Below, one piece after another: positions 49,724-60,097 of a stretch of 64,000 nt of DNA. A program made the translations under genes and the position numbers. The stretch spans positions 18,214 to 82,213 of the forward strand of contig JBEKRX010000071.1 of assembly GCA_049518415.1 (NCBI GenBank), given 5' to 3'. Numbering within the stretch: position 1 is the first letter of the stretch; each line of letters opens with the position of its first letter. Origin of the DNA: Verrucomicrobiota bacterium (lineage in GTDB: Bacteria > Verrucomicrobiota > Verrucomicrobiia > Limisphaerales > UBA8199). The notes under the pieces were generated by a model. The model was not told the DNA's origin. It saw only the letters and a list, made by a program, of their open reading frames with translations, and did no database searches.

Positions 49724-50938
49724 GGGTAATTGCAGCCACACGTCAACCCTGGGCGTTTCCCAGTTGTACGGTTTGTCCAGAATATCCATCCGGCCATCGC
49801 CGTTGAGATCGGCCACGCGGGCTTCGTGAAAGCCGATGCCGGTGGCAAACACGGTCTTGCGGAAATGTCCCTGGCCGTCGCCGTAGAAGATCCAGGCAGT
49901 GGCATTGGGGTGGTCGGGTGTTTTGGCCGACTCGGTCCACTTGGCCATTTCGGCCGCGAAGATGTCCAGGTGCCCGTCGCCGTCAATGTCCGCCACTTGC
50001 AGGCTGTGGCCGTGCACCATGTCGCGCTCCAGCAGGTCGTGGCCGACCCAGGCGCGGGTGTCTTCCGGGTTGCCCAGGCATTCATACCAACGGAGCGGTC
50101 CCACGCCATCGCCGGGGGCGATGACGACCTGGGCAAACTTGCCCGGCTTGAACCTGGCGGCGGCAATGCGCCCGCCGATGGCGGCGATTTGAATGGGCGT
50201 GAATTGTTTGCCGCCGCGGTGCTTGAACCAGAGGTTGCCGGCCAGCAGGTCCACCTTGCCGTCGCCATCCACGTCGCAGGCGGCCATGCCTTCGGGGTAC
50301 TTGAAGGCGGTGTTCCGCCCCTCGCCGGCTGCGCCGGAGAAGATCTCGAGCAACGGCCAGGTCTCGGCCCGGCGCGGGTCAGCGGGAATCTCGGCCAGGA
50401 AGATCTTTTTGGCGCCCTGGTTCCAAAAGGCCAATTGCGGCCTGCCGGTGCCGAGGAAATCGCCGAAGACCTGGTCGTGATGCTGGGTGGCGCCGCCTTT
50501 CTTGATGGTATGCCGCTTCCAGGGGATGCGCGGGTCGAAGTTCGGATACGGATTCTCCCACCACCAGACTTCGTCGCTCTGCCAATCGCCGCCAAAGACC
50601 AGGTCCGGGTTGCCGTCGCCGTCGATGTCGAAGACCGCGCCGCCGGCCTCCACGGTGAGGTAATTGGTCTCGATCACATAACGGTCCCACCCTGTGGCCG
50701 TGCGCCGGTACCAAACCAAAGCGGGCGCCACCTGCCGAAAACTGAGGACGAAGTCATTGGTCCCGTCTTTGTCGAGGTCCGCGACAATCGCCCCGGTTTG
50801 CTGGGTCGAGGGGCCCGGGACGGGCAGATCGCCGGTGGCGCTGGACAGATGTTTCCAATGCGGCTCGGCGCCCTCCTGGGCGCCCAGAACGGCGCTCAGC
50901 ATACCGAGCAAAGCCACAACCGCAGTGAGTTGCTTCAT
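49721..50938 (-). CDS. secreted FG-GAP/VCBS repeat protein
   Basis: signal peptide; repeated D.DGDG..D motifs. Confidence 0.92.
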   Translation of the reverse strand: MKQLTAVVALLGMLSAVLGAQEGAEPHWKHLSSATGDLPVPGPSTQQTGAIVADLDKDGTNDFVLSFRQVAPALVWYRRTATGWDRYVIETNYLTVEAGGAVFDIDGDGNPDLVFGGDWQSDEVWWWENPYPNFDPRIPWKRHTIKKGGATQHHDQVFGDFLGTGRPQLAFWNQGAKKIFLAEIPADPRRAETWPLLEIFSGAAGEGRNTAFKYPEGMAACDVDGDGKVDLLAGNLWFKHRGGKQFTPIQIAAIGGRIAAARFKPGKFAQVVIAPGDGVGPLRWYECLGNPEDTRAWVGHDLLERDMVHGHSLQVADIDGDGHLDIFAAEMAKWTESAKTPDHPNATAWIFYGDGQGHFRKTVFATGIGFHEARVADLNGDGRMDILDKPYNWETPRVDVWLQLP

Positions 50939-51186
50939 GGCGACTGCTCATAGCCGGAGCCAGGAGGTTTGGCAAGCCAGGAAGGGGCGCCCGCCCTTCT
51001 CCGGGCGCAAGACGGAATTCTTCGCTGCCGCCCCGCAGGGCGGTGCGGCGTCCCGAATGCGGTTCCTGGCACCTGGCATACGCGTCAAGCTAAGCCGCTG
51101 CTCGAAATTTTCGACACGCTCGCCGCGCTGGCGCACTGGCGCAGCGGGCCAGGAAATAGTTTTTTGCTCCGGCAGGAGCTTCTGAG

Positions 51187-51357
51187 AATAGCCCGGCGCT
51201 TCAGCGCCGGGTGGGACGCCCAGGGAGCCCGGCGTCCCGGAAGGACGCATGAGACTCATCTGGGCCCGTTCAGCCGTCCCTCCGGGACGGGCTGAGGTTA
51301 GCGCTGCCCTCTCCCGGCGTTGAAACGCCGGGCTATTGTCGAGTGTCCCTCCGGGAC
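51187..51357. repeat. REP/REPIN-like inverted hairpin cluster
   Basis: aatagcccggcgcttcagcgccggg inverted with cccggcgttgaaacgccgggctatt; gtccctccgggac twice. Confidence 0.85.
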
Positions 51358-51476
51358 AAACCCGGGTGCGTCTGGCGTGGAGCGCTTGGCTTGACGCATA
51401 TGGGACACGTCGGGACATTTATGCGGCAGGAGTGCGCGCCGGAAGGAATCCGTCGTGCGCCCCGCCCTGCTCCGGG

Positions 51477-53993
51477 CTATGGCTTCGACCTTGCTATCGC
51501 CGTCCGGTAGTAAGTGTCGTCGTGCTTCTGCTTCCAGCCGTCGGCGGGGGCCTGGAGGGCCGGGCGGTGCCGGGCCCACATCTCGTTGACGAAGGCATCC
51601 CAGGCCTGGCCTTGGCGCGCCCATTCCTTGTCATGGTCATGGCCGGTCGCCTCCTTGATCGTTTTGACGAAGGCCGCGTCGTTCTCGCCCATCCAGCGGT
51701 CCACATAATCAAAGAAGGCGTCGTGGTCCCAGGCCGGTTCGGCGTGCAGGAGCCTGAGGGCCAGGGCCTGGGCCACCCAGCCCACACTAGTGCAGCAGCG
51801 GCGATAGCTCTCGCTGGTGTTCTGGCCCTCCTTCCATTCCGAGGGCGGCCGGTGCTCGTAAGGTCCCCACTCCTGGCCGCGGACGCGGTCGCGGCCGACA
51901 CCCGTGGCCGCGTCGATGCCCGAGTGCCCGGCGAAAACGACCTTCGCTCCGGTCCAGCAATCGCCGTAAGCGGTTTGCTCATCTTCGCCGAAGCTGACGG
52001 TGGGAAAGGACTTGTGGAGGTTGGCCAATTGCTCGTCGCCCAGGAGCAGGCCGGCGAAGACGATGGGCAGCTTGCGCCCGCTGCCGTGTCCGCCCCAGCC
52101 GGTCCAGCCGGGATGGCCGGCGCGGACCATGCCGCCCAGGTCGAGGCCGACCTGCACGAAGTTGATGAGCAGCGGCTCCTTCTGCTCGGGCGGCAAGTCG
52201 GCGCACAGCAGCAAGGCCGAAAGGCCCGCGACCCGCCCGTACTCCAGCCCGTATTGCGGCATGTTCTCCACCGGCTCCTCGAATCCGAAAAAGCAAGTGC
52301 CGACCCAGGGCCGCTGGGTGAATCGGACGTACTGCCGCACCTTGGGGAGGCTGGGCGTCACGGCGGCGGCGGGCAGTTGCTCGCGCTTGAGGTCGCGGGC
52401 CAGGTAGATGCGCTGCTGCCGGTCGCAAAAGGCTGGCCGGAAGGCGTCCGCCGGCTGCGGGCCGCTGACGCAGGTCAGGACCGCGGCGGCGCGGAGCGGG
52501 CTGCTGTCCTCGACCCCGCGCTCAATCTTGTTTCGCAATTGGGCGTGGAGCACCAGGCCTTTGGGCATGCTGATGGTCGAGACGAGGGAATCGCCGGGCT
52601 TGAGGGCCACCGGCAGCTTCTGGACGAGCGAAGGGTCGAACCAGTTCCGGACCCCGCTGTCGTAGGCGACGCGCATTAGGGCGGGCGGGTTGAGCATGAA
52701 GCCGTTGCGGACGCGCTGCTCCTCTTTGCGCTCTTTGTCGAGCTGGTCCAATTCGCGCCTGGGAATCTCGCGGCCGTAGAGCGGCTTGGGGTCGATGGCC
52801 CGGACGGTCGCCGGCCCCACGACGTACCAGTCGCCGTTGATGAAATGGCCGACTCGCGCGGGCTGCGCGAAGGACCAGGTGATCCCGTATTGCGAGACGC
52901 TTTCCTGGAGCGGGAGGTCCTCGAGGCTGGGGGTCAAGGGGGCGTTGCTGACGGTGTAAATGGCCGCCGGGCGGCTGAGGGTGGTGTCCGCCGCCACGAC
53001 GCTCTCCGCGTAAGGATCGGCTTCGCGTGGAGCGACCATCTGTTTGACCGGTCCGCCCAGCGTGACGGCCAGGTCGGCCAGCCAAATCGCCTGCGCGTTG
53101 CCCTGGCCGGCGTCGCCCCAGACCGCGAAGGCGCTGAATCCCTTGAGGCCCGTTTTGGTCGGGTCCACCGCAGTGACCTCCTGGTCATTGTGGGAAATCT
53201 GGAGGCCGTCGTCGGGGTCGAAATCGAAGGTCCATTTGTGCCAGCCGGCGGGGGCGCGCTTGACGCCCAGCCAGAACAACCGGTCAAACCAATCCTTGCC
53301 GTCGCAAGCCGTAGCCGTGTAGCCCTCGTTTCCGCCGAGATAGCTGGCGTAAAGGATACCGGCTGCCAGCAGGCGTCCGTCGCTCTGCACCAGGCCCCAG
53401 CGCGGGCCGAGGCGCGAGGCCTTGGCGTCTGCCGGCGTGGCGCCATCGTCGTAAACCCAGAGTTCGACCTTGCCCGACCCGTCCTGGTCACGGAGTTTGA
53501 GCAGGGCCTTGCCGCCCGGGCCGACCTTGAGCGAGCCGCCCTTGCCCTGGCGGCTCTTGGCCGCATCCACCGCCACGTCCCCGGCCAGGGCCCAACCGGC
53601 CAGCGCCTCCTGGCTCTCAAAGCTCATCTGCCTGGCCGGCTCGCCGGCCGGCTTGGCCGGGGTCTCCTGGCCCCGGGCCGGCCCCCCCAGCGCCAACACC
53701 GTGGCCAGGGTCAGGCCGGGGACGAATAACTGCTTAGCGCGGCGCAGCCGCAACCAGAGTCCGGCGAGAATTCCCTCCTCAGGGCCGCAACGGGAGCCTT
53801 CCCCCGCCGCGCTGGAAAGCGGCGCTCCGCGCCGCAGCGGATTGGTGGGGAAACGCTTTGCGCACCCGCACAGAAAATCGTCCCCAGACGAGCCGATGCC
53901 GAGAGATAATAATATAGCAGTCCGCTTCGGCCGGTAGCCGGGGGTGTGGAAAGACGGGGTCAACAAGGTTGTGTGGTCCTGGTTTTGCGTCAT
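51477..53993 (-). CDS. large secreted hypothetical protein (start uncertain, 5' end overlaps repeat C)
   Basis: long ORF; signal-like KQLFVPGLTLATVLALGGPARG; Trp/Tyr-rich. Confidence 0.8.
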   Translation of the reverse strand: MTQNQDHTTLLTPSFHTPGYRPKRTAILLSLGIGSSGDDFLCGCAKRFPTNPLRRGAPLSSAAGEGSRCGPEEGILAGLWLRLRRAKQLFVPGLTLATVLALGGPARGQETPAKPAGEPARQMSFESQEALAGWALAGDVAVDAAKSRQGKGGSLKVGPGGKALLKLRDQDGSGKVELWVYDDGATPADAKASRLGPRWGLVQSDGRLLAAGILYASYLGGNEGYTATACDGKDWFDRLFWLGVKRAPAGWHKWTFDFDPDDGLQISHNDQEVTAVDPTKTGLKGFSAFAVWGDAGQGNAQAIWLADLAVTLGGPVKQMVAPREADPYAESVVAADTTLSRPAAIYTVSNAPLTPSLEDLPLQESVSQYGITWSFAQPARVGHFINGDWYVVGPATVRAIDPKPLYGREIPRRELDQLDKERKEEQRVRNGFMLNPPALMRVAYDSGVRNWFDPSLVQKLPVALKPGDSLVSTISMPKGLVLHAQLRNKIERGVEDSSPLRAAAVLTCVSGPQPADAFRPAFCDRQQRIYLARDLKREQLPAAAVTPSLPKVRQYVRFTQRPWVGTCFFGFEEPVENMPQYGLEYGRVAGLSALLLCADLPPEQKEPLLINFVQVGLDLGGMVRAGHPGWTGWGGHGSGRKLPIVFAGLLLGDEQLANLHKSFPTVSFGEDEQTAYGDCWTGAKVVFAGHSGIDAATGVGRDRVRGQEWGPYEHRPPSEWKEGQNTSESYRRCCTSVGWVAQALALRLLHAEPAWDHDAFFDYVDRWMGENDAAFVKTIKEATGHDHDKEWARQGQAWDAFVNEMWARHRPALQAPADGWKQKHDDTYYRTAIARSKP
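53735..53885 (+). repeat. dispersed repeat family C copy
   Basis: starts TAGCGCGGCGCAGCCGCAACCA; homologous to 29897-30046. Confidence 0.8.
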
Positions 53994-54129
53994 AGGTAGA
54001 TTCCAAGCTGAATTTCGCGTCCGGTCAAGCCGCATCTGCTTTTGGCGCCGGAGAAGCTTCTTCCTGTGTGTGCATTTCCAGGGCTGAAAAGAGTTCGCGC
54101 CCGGCGCCGGGGCACACTACATTAGCGCC

Positions 54130-55173
54130 ATGTTCGAGAGGGCAGAACCATCGAAAGCCATGACTTCACCGGCACCCCCGGCGACGATTCCTCAAGGGGG
54201 CGTTGAGGGCGCCGAGCCGACCAGGCCTCGCGCCGAGCACCAGGCGGCGCGGGAGGTTTATCACAAGATAGCCGCCAACATCGCCCGGGTCATGCAGGGC
54301 CAGGGGGCCTCCACCCGGAAGCTGCTGGCGGCGCTGGCCAGCGGCGGCCATGTCCTGCTGGAGGACTTCCCCGGCACGGGCAAGACGACCCTGGCCAAGG
54401 CCCTGGCCCGCTCGATTGACGCGCAGTTCAAGCGCATCCAGTTCACGCCCGACCTGCTGCCCTCGGACATCCTCGGGGTGTCCGTCTTCAGCCAGCGCGA
54501 CCAGCAGTTCCATTTCCACGAGGGGCCCGTCTTCACCAGCATCCTGCTGGCCGATGAAATCAACCGCGCTTCGCCCCGGACGCAATCGGCGCTGCTCGAG
54601 GCCATGGGCGAGGGCCAGGTGAGCGTGGATGGGGTGCGCCGCGACCTGGCGGAGCTGTTTTTCGTCATCGCCACGCAGAACCCGGTCGAGTTCCGAGGCA
54701 CCTACCCATTGCCGGAGGCGCAGATGGACCGTTTCGCGATGCAGTTCACCCTCGGCTACGTCCTGTCGGCCGAGGAGGTCGCCATCCTGACGGCCCAGGA
54801 GTTCCGTCACCCGCTGGATGAACTGCAGCCCTGCGCCTCGCTGGCGGAACTGCTGGCGCTCAAGGGCGCCGTGCAGCAGGTGCGGATGAGCGACGAACTG
54901 AAGCGCTACACGGTGGACCTGGTGGGCGCCACGCGCGCGGCGCCAGGCGTGCAACTGGGCGCCAGCCCGCGCGCTTCCCTCGCCCTGATGAAAGCGGCGC
55001 AGGCCTTGGCCCTGTTTGACGGCCTCGATTTCGTCGCCCCCGAGCAGGTCCAGGAACTCGCCGTCCCCGTCATCGCCCACCGCCTGGTGATGGAACCGCA
55101 GGCCCGCTTCTCGGGCCAAACCGCCCGGGGCGTGGTGGAAGAGGTGGTCAAGAAGGTCCGGGTGCCGGCGTGA
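54130..55173 (+). CDS. moxR: MoxR-family AAA+ ATPase (second paralogue)
   Basis: HVLLEDFPGTGKT, RIQFTPDLLPSD, ADEINRASPRTQSALLEAM. Confidence 0.95.
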   Translation: MFERAEPSKAMTSPAPPATIPQGGVEGAEPTRPRAEHQAAREVYHKIAANIARVMQGQGASTRKLLAALASGGHVLLEDFPGTGKTTLAKALARSIDAQFKRIQFTPDLLPSDILGVSVFSQRDQQFHFHEGPVFTSILLADEINRASPRTQSALLEAMGEGQVSVDGVRRDLAELFFVIATQNPVEFRGTYPLPEAQMDRFAMQFTLGYVLSAEEVAILTAQEFRHPLDELQPCASLAELLALKGAVQQVRMSDELKRYTVDLVGATRAAPGVQLGASPRASLALMKAAQALALFDGLDFVAPEQVQELAVPVIAHRLVMEPQARFSGQTARGVVEEVVKKVRVPA

Positions 55174-55176
55174 AGG

Positions 55177-55360
55177 AGAGCCAGAGGACAGAGGACAGAG
55201 GCGAGGGGGCGGCGGGCAGAGGGCAGAAAGCGAATGCCGAGAACGCAAACAACTCTGGAGCCCGAGAGGCAGGCCGCACCGCTGCCGCCTGGAGCCCACG
55301 CCTTTGAATTCCGGGTTTGTTCCCGATTTCGCGATTGGGACTTCGGATTTCGGATTTCAA
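55177..55360. repeat. two heptamer arrays in the moxR-DUF58 gap
   Basis: agaggac/agagggc units at 55177-55230; cggattt units at 55323-55360. Confidence 0.75.
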
Positions 55361-55364
55361 TACC

Positions 55365-56720
55365 ATGAGCCCGATTTTCAAACTCCTCTATCGGCTCTAC
55401 TGGCTCTGCTCGGGGTCGTGGCACTGGGCGCAACGGCGGTTTACGCGGCCGGGGCTGGCGTTGCTGGGCGCGCTGCTGGCCGCCATGGGCCTGGGCATGG
55501 ATACGGACAACAACGTGGATTACCAGGCCTTCACGCTGCTGCTCGGCCTGTTGGTGGTGGCAGTCGCATGCAGTTGGCCGTTTCGGGCGCGCTTCTCGGC
55601 CACCCGCCTGTTGCCCAAGTTCGGCACCGCCGGCGCCCCCCTCAACTACACGGTCCTGGTCAGAAACCTGGGCGCCCGCCCCCAGCGGGGCCTGACCCTG
55701 CTGGAAAACGTTGCCGACTGGCGGCCTTCGTTCCAGGAATGGAGGGCGGCCCAGCTTGATGAAGGGAAACAAATCCGCTCGTTCCGCTTCAGCCAGGGCC
55801 GGCGCCTGAACCCCTTCAAGGCGGCCACCGTGAAGGACGCCGCCGTGCCGCCCGTGCCGCCGCATCAGGAGGTCGAGGTCCGCGTCGAACTCACGCCCTG
55901 GCGGCGGGGCCTGCTGCGTTTGAGCGGCGTGACCCTGGCCAGCCCCGACCCGCTCGGCCTGTTCCGCGCGCTGGCCAAGGTGCCGCTGCCGCAGACGACG
56001 CTGATCCTGCCCAAACGCTATCTGCTGCCGCCCATCGCCCTGCCGGGCAGGCTCAAGTACCAGCAGGGCGGCGTCGCCCTAGCCTCGAGCGTCGGCCAAA
56101 GCGACGAGTTCGTGGCCCTGCGCGACTACCGCCCTGGCGACCCGATGCGGCACATCCACTGGCGGAGCTGGGCCAGGGCGGGCAAGCCGGTCATCAAGGA
56201 GTTCGAGGACGAGTTCTTCGTCCGGCACGCCCTGGTGCTGGATACCTTCACCGATTACCTGCACGCCGACGTGTTCGAAGAGGCCGTCTCGGTCGCGGCC
56301 TCCTTCGCCTGCACCATCCAAACCCAAGAGTCGCTCCTTGACCTGTTGTTCGTCGGCCCGGAGTCTTACTGCTTTACGGCGGGACGCGGCCTGGCGCACG
56401 CGGACCAAATGCTGGAGGTCCTGGCCTCGGTGCGGGCCTGCCGGGACCGGCCTTTTTGCGCGCTCGAACACCTGGTGCTCGACCACCTCAACGTGGTCAG
56501 CGGCTGTATCTGCGTGCTGGCGGCGTGGGAGCAGGACCGGCGCCGGTTCGTCGAAAAGCTCAACCTCCTTGGCGTCCCCTTGCTGGTGCTGGTCATCGTG
56601 CCGCCGGGCAAGGGCAAGTCCCTCGACCCCGGCCCCCTCAGGAGCCAAGCTGACCGGTTCCACGTCCTGGAAGCAGGCCGGATTGAGGCCGGGCTGGCCG
56701 CCCTTAACACCCGCTCATGA
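55365..56720 (+). CDS. membrane-anchored DUF58 protein
   Basis: N-terminal TMs; DPLGLF; EFVALRDYRPGDPMRHIHWRSWAR; FEEAVSVAAS. Confidence 0.92.
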   Translation: MSPIFKLLYRLYWLCSGSWHWAQRRFTRPGLALLGALLAAMGLGMDTDNNVDYQAFTLLLGLLVVAVACSWPFRARFSATRLLPKFGTAGAPLNYTVLVRNLGARPQRGLTLLENVADWRPSFQEWRAAQLDEGKQIRSFRFSQGRRLNPFKAATVKDAAVPPVPPHQEVEVRVELTPWRRGLLRLSGVTLASPDPLGLFRALAKVPLPQTTLILPKRYLLPPIALPGRLKYQQGGVALASSVGQSDEFVALRDYRPGDPMRHIHWRSWARAGKPVIKEFEDEFFVRHALVLDTFTDYLHADVFEEAVSVAASFACTIQTQESLLDLLFVGPESYCFTAGRGLAHADQMLEVLASVRACRDRPFCALEHLVLDHLNVVSGCICVLAAWEQDRRRFVEKLNLLGVPLLVLVIVPPGKGKSLDPGPLRSQADRFHVLEAGRIEAGLAALNTRS

Positions 56721-58819
56721 AATCACCGCCATGCTTGCTCGGTGCGGCGCTCCTGTTCTGGGGCTGGCAGGCGGGTTTTCCCGTCATCGGGGCCGTCCTG
56801 GCGGTAGTTTTGGAAATCGCGCGCTGGGTCCAGGCGCGCTGGGAATTCTCCGGCCGGGATTTCAATCGCATCTGGACTTTCTGTTCGCTGCTGCTGCTGG
56901 CCGCGGCGGTCTATGCCTTTAACGCCAACAACGGGCTGGCCGAGTTCCGCGGTTTCTTGCGCAACCCGAGTTTCTTGAGCCAGCGCAGCCCCGCCGTGGC
57001 CAGCGCTCGCAGCCTGGCGGCGGTGATTCGCTGGCTGCCGATGATTTACTTCCTGTTCATGGCGGCGCAGGCCTACAGCTCGCGCGAGGGGGTGCCCCTG
57101 GAGACCATCTCGCTCATCGCGCGCCGGCGAGCCAAGCAAGCGCGGAAGCTGGGTCTGCCCCCGCCCCCGTCGCGGCTGGTCGATCTCTCCTACCCGTATT
57201 TCGCTTTGTGCCTTTTTAGCGCGAGTTTCCACGCCAGCGAGGACAGCACCTTTTACTGGGGCCTGGCGGTCCTGCTGGCCTGGGCGCTCTGGTCCAGGCG
57301 TTCGCAGCGATTCGGCGTGGCCCTCTGGGTGGCCGCGCTCGTGGCGGCGGTGGCCCTGGGCTATGGGGGCCAGCGCGGCCTGGGCAACCTGCAGCGCTAC
57401 GTCTCGAACCTGAATCCAACCTGGCTGTTGAACTTCACGCGCCGCGGCTTCGATTACGCCCAAAGCCGGACCGTGCTGGGCCAACTCGGCCGAGCCAAGG
57501 GCTCCGGCAAGATCGTCATCCGCCTGGAGCCCAGAGGCAGCCGCCTGGCGCCAAACCTCCTGCGCGCGGCCAGCTACCGCACCTTCAAGTCGCCCGTGTG
57601 GTACTCGGACGACACAAACTTCGAGCGGCTGGTCCCCGAGCGAAACGGCGCCAATGACACCACGTATGTATTGGTGGGCGGCCAGACCAACCTGGCGACG
57701 GTTAACATTGCCTGCTATCTGCCCGGCGGCAAAGGATTGCTGCCTTTGCCCACGGGCAGCGCGCGGTTGGAAAACCTGCTCGCCTTCGACGTGGGCACGA
57801 ACAGTCTGGGCGCCGTGTTTGAAAAAGCAGGTCCCGGCTTGGTCATCTTCGATGCCTTTTACCGGCCGGGGCGGACCCTGGATTCCGCCCCCGCCGCGCA
57901 CGATGTCAGCCCGGCGTCGAGCCGGGAAATCCCCGCGCTGGAGCAGGTCATTTCCGAACTGGACCTTCGCGGCAAGAGCCTGGACCAGGCCCTGCGAACG
58001 CTCCAGGCGTTCTTCCAGAGCAAATTCAGCTATGGGTATTGGGACCAGCGCGAACGGCTGAGGACCACCAACGAAACCCCGTTGAGCCGCTTTCTGCTGC
58101 GCACCCGCCGCGGCCATTGCGAATACTTCGCCACCGCCAGCGTCCTGCTCCTGCGCCAGCTTGGATTCCCCGCCCGCTACGCCGTCGGCTACGCCGTCCA
58201 CGAAGCCAGGGGCCGGGGCTATGTCGTGCGGCAGCGCGACGGCCACGCCTGGTGCCTGGTGTGGCGCGCGGGGACCTGGCAGGACTTCGACACCACGCCG
58301 GCCTCGTGGGTCCAGGCCGAGGAACAACGCGCCTCGCCCCTGCAATTCGTGTCAGACCTCTGGTCCGGGCTTTGGTTCGAGTTTTCGAAATTCTTCTGGG
58401 GTCAGGGCCATCTGCGCCGGTACATCCTCTGGTCACTGGCGCCGGTCTTGGCACTGCTGCTCTATCAAATCATCTTCCGCACCCGCCGCCGCCGCCGCCG
58501 CCGCCAGCAGCAACCCGGCCTCACCGCCTGGCCCGGCCTGGACTCGGAGTTCTACCAACTCGAGCGCCTGCTCGCCCAACGCGGCGTGGCGCGCCCAGCC
58601 AGCGAACCGCTTTCCCACTGGCTGGGCCGCGTGGCCGCCGACCCCACGCTGGCGGAGGCGCGGGCGGCCTTGCAGGACCTGTTGCGCCTGCATTACCGCT
58701 ACCGCTTCGACCCGCTGGGTCTCAGCCCCTCCGAACGCGAAGCCCTGCGCCGCGAAGCCCGGGCCTGCCTGGCCAAAATCCCCCACGCCGGCGCCCAGAG
58801 CTCCCGCTCTGCGCAGTGA
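56717..58819 (+). CDS. membrane transglutaminase-like protein (TgpA-like)
   Basis: GHCEYFATA, PARYAVGY, HAW, DFDTTP catalytic triad motifs; multiple TMs. Confidence 0.92.
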   Translation: MKSPPCLLGAALLFWGWQAGFPVIGAVLAVVLEIARWVQARWEFSGRDFNRIWTFCSLLLLAAAVYAFNANNGLAEFRGFLRNPSFLSQRSPAVASARSLAAVIRWLPMIYFLFMAAQAYSSREGVPLETISLIARRRAKQARKLGLPPPPSRLVDLSYPYFALCLFSASFHASEDSTFYWGLAVLLAWALWSRRSQRFGVALWVAALVAAVALGYGGQRGLGNLQRYVSNLNPTWLLNFTRRGFDYAQSRTVLGQLGRAKGSGKIVIRLEPRGSRLAPNLLRAASYRTFKSPVWYSDDTNFERLVPERNGANDTTYVLVGGQTNLATVNIACYLPGGKGLLPLPTGSARLENLLAFDVGTNSLGAVFEKAGPGLVIFDAFYRPGRTLDSAPAAHDVSPASSREIPALEQVISELDLRGKSLDQALRTLQAFFQSKFSYGYWDQRERLRTTNETPLSRFLLRTRRGHCEYFATASVLLLRQLGFPARYAVGYAVHEARGRGYVVRQRDGHAWCLVWRAGTWQDFDTTPASWVQAEEQRASPLQFVSDLWSGLWFEFSKFFWGQGHLRRYILWSLAPVLALLLYQIIFRTRRRRRRRQQQPGLTAWPGLDSEFYQLERLLAQRGVARPASEPLSHWLGRVAADPTLAEARAALQDLLRLHYRYRFDPLGLSPSEREALRREARACLAKIPHAGAQSSRSAQ

Positions 58820-58889
58820 TGCTCCCAGTCAAAATGCTGGAAAACGCGGGACTGCGGCGCACGCGGCGATGGGGGAATACCGCGACGGC

Positions 58890-60032
58890 CTACCGGACCG
58901 CTTCGCCCGTCGCCGGATCGAAGAGATGCGCGTGGCGCATGGCGAACGCGAGGGCGATTCGCTGGCCCGCGCGCAGGCAGTCGGTAGCGGGGAGGCGGGC
59001 GACAAAGGGCTGGGCGCAGCCGGCCAAATGGAGGTAGGTTTCCGACCCCATGGGCTGCACGACCTCCACTACGGCTTCGGCCGTTTGCTCGGCCGGCGCC
59101 TCCGGCACGGAGAGTTTGTCGGCGATATGTTCCGGGCGAATCCCCAGGATGACTTGCCGGCCCGGCCAGTCCCTCATCCGGGCCGCCAGAGGGTCCTCGA
59201 GGCGGAGGGCGAGGCCGGCCGGGGCGGCGGCGCTGTGGGGGGATTGCTGCTGGAAAAAGAGGGCGTTGCCTTTCTGCACAATCGTCCCCTGGAAGAAATT
59301 CATCGGCGGCGAACCAATGAACCCGGCGACGAACAGGTTAGCCGGATGCCGATAAAGGCCCAACGGCTCGGCGACCTGCTGGATGACGCCCTGATGCAGG
59401 ACGGCGATGCGGTGGCCCAGCACCATGGCTTCGACCTGGTCATGGGTCACGTAAATCGCCGTGGCGGCCAGCCGGGTGTGCAGGCGGGCAATCTCGGCGC
59501 GCATTTGCGCGCGCATCGGCGCATCCAGGTTCGAGAGCGGCTCGTCGAACAGGAACACCTTGGGCCGGCGCACCAGCGCCCGGCCCAGGGCCACCCGCTG
59601 GCGCTGGCCGCCGGAAAGTTCCTGCGGCCGCCGCTCCAGGCAGGGGGTCAAGTCGAGCGCCGCCGCCGCCGCCTGCACCTGCCTTTGAATCTCCGGGGGC
59701 GGGCACTTCCGCAACTTGAGCCCGAAGGCCAGGTTCTCATAAACTGACAGGTGCGGGTAGAGGGCGTGATGCTGGAAGACCATCGCGACCTCGCGGTCCT
59801 TCGGGGCCACCGCGTTCAGCACCCGCCCATCGATGGCCACCGTGCCCAGCGTCGGTTCCTCCAGCCCGGCGATGAGCCGCAAAATCGTCGTCTTGCCGCA
59901 CCCGGACGGCCCGACCAGGACCAGGAACTCCCGGTCTTCAACGGCCAGGCTGACGCCCTGGACCGCGCGCACCGTCACGCCGCCCGGTCCCTGAAAGACC
60001 TTGGTCAGATTCTCGATGACCACACGCGCCAT
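58890..60032 (-). CDS. sugar ABC transporter ATP-binding protein (MalK/UgpC family)
   Basis: GPSGCGKTT, LSGGQRQRVALGRA, FDEPLSNLDA, YVTHDQVEAM, FIGSPPMN. Confidence 0.95.
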   Translation of the reverse strand: MARVVIENLTKVFQGPGGVTVRAVQGVSLAVEDREFLVLVGPSGCGKTTILRLIAGLEEPTLGTVAIDGRVLNAVAPKDREVAMVFQHHALYPHLSVYENLAFGLKLRKCPPPEIQRQVQAAAAALDLTPCLERRPQELSGGQRQRVALGRALVRRPKVFLFDEPLSNLDAPMRAQMRAEIARLHTRLAATAIYVTHDQVEAMVLGHRIAVLHQGVIQQVAEPLGLYRHPANLFVAGFIGSPPMNFFQGTIVQKGNALFFQQQSPHSAAAPAGLALRLEDPLAARMRDWPGRQVILGIRPEHIADKLSVPEAPAEQTAEAVVEVVQPMGSETYLHLAGCAQPFVARLPATDCLRAGQRIALAFAMRHAHLFDPATGEAVR

Positions 60033-60097
60033 ACAGACAGGAGAATTGAGGACGAGGGCGAGGACAATTGCCCGGCGGGGATTTTTCGGACAGGGGC

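Noticed and set aside
58484-58504. (CGC)7 tract encoding poly-Arg
   Set aside because: In-frame triplet run after a TM helix, consistent with the positive-inside rule; cannot phase-shift the gene
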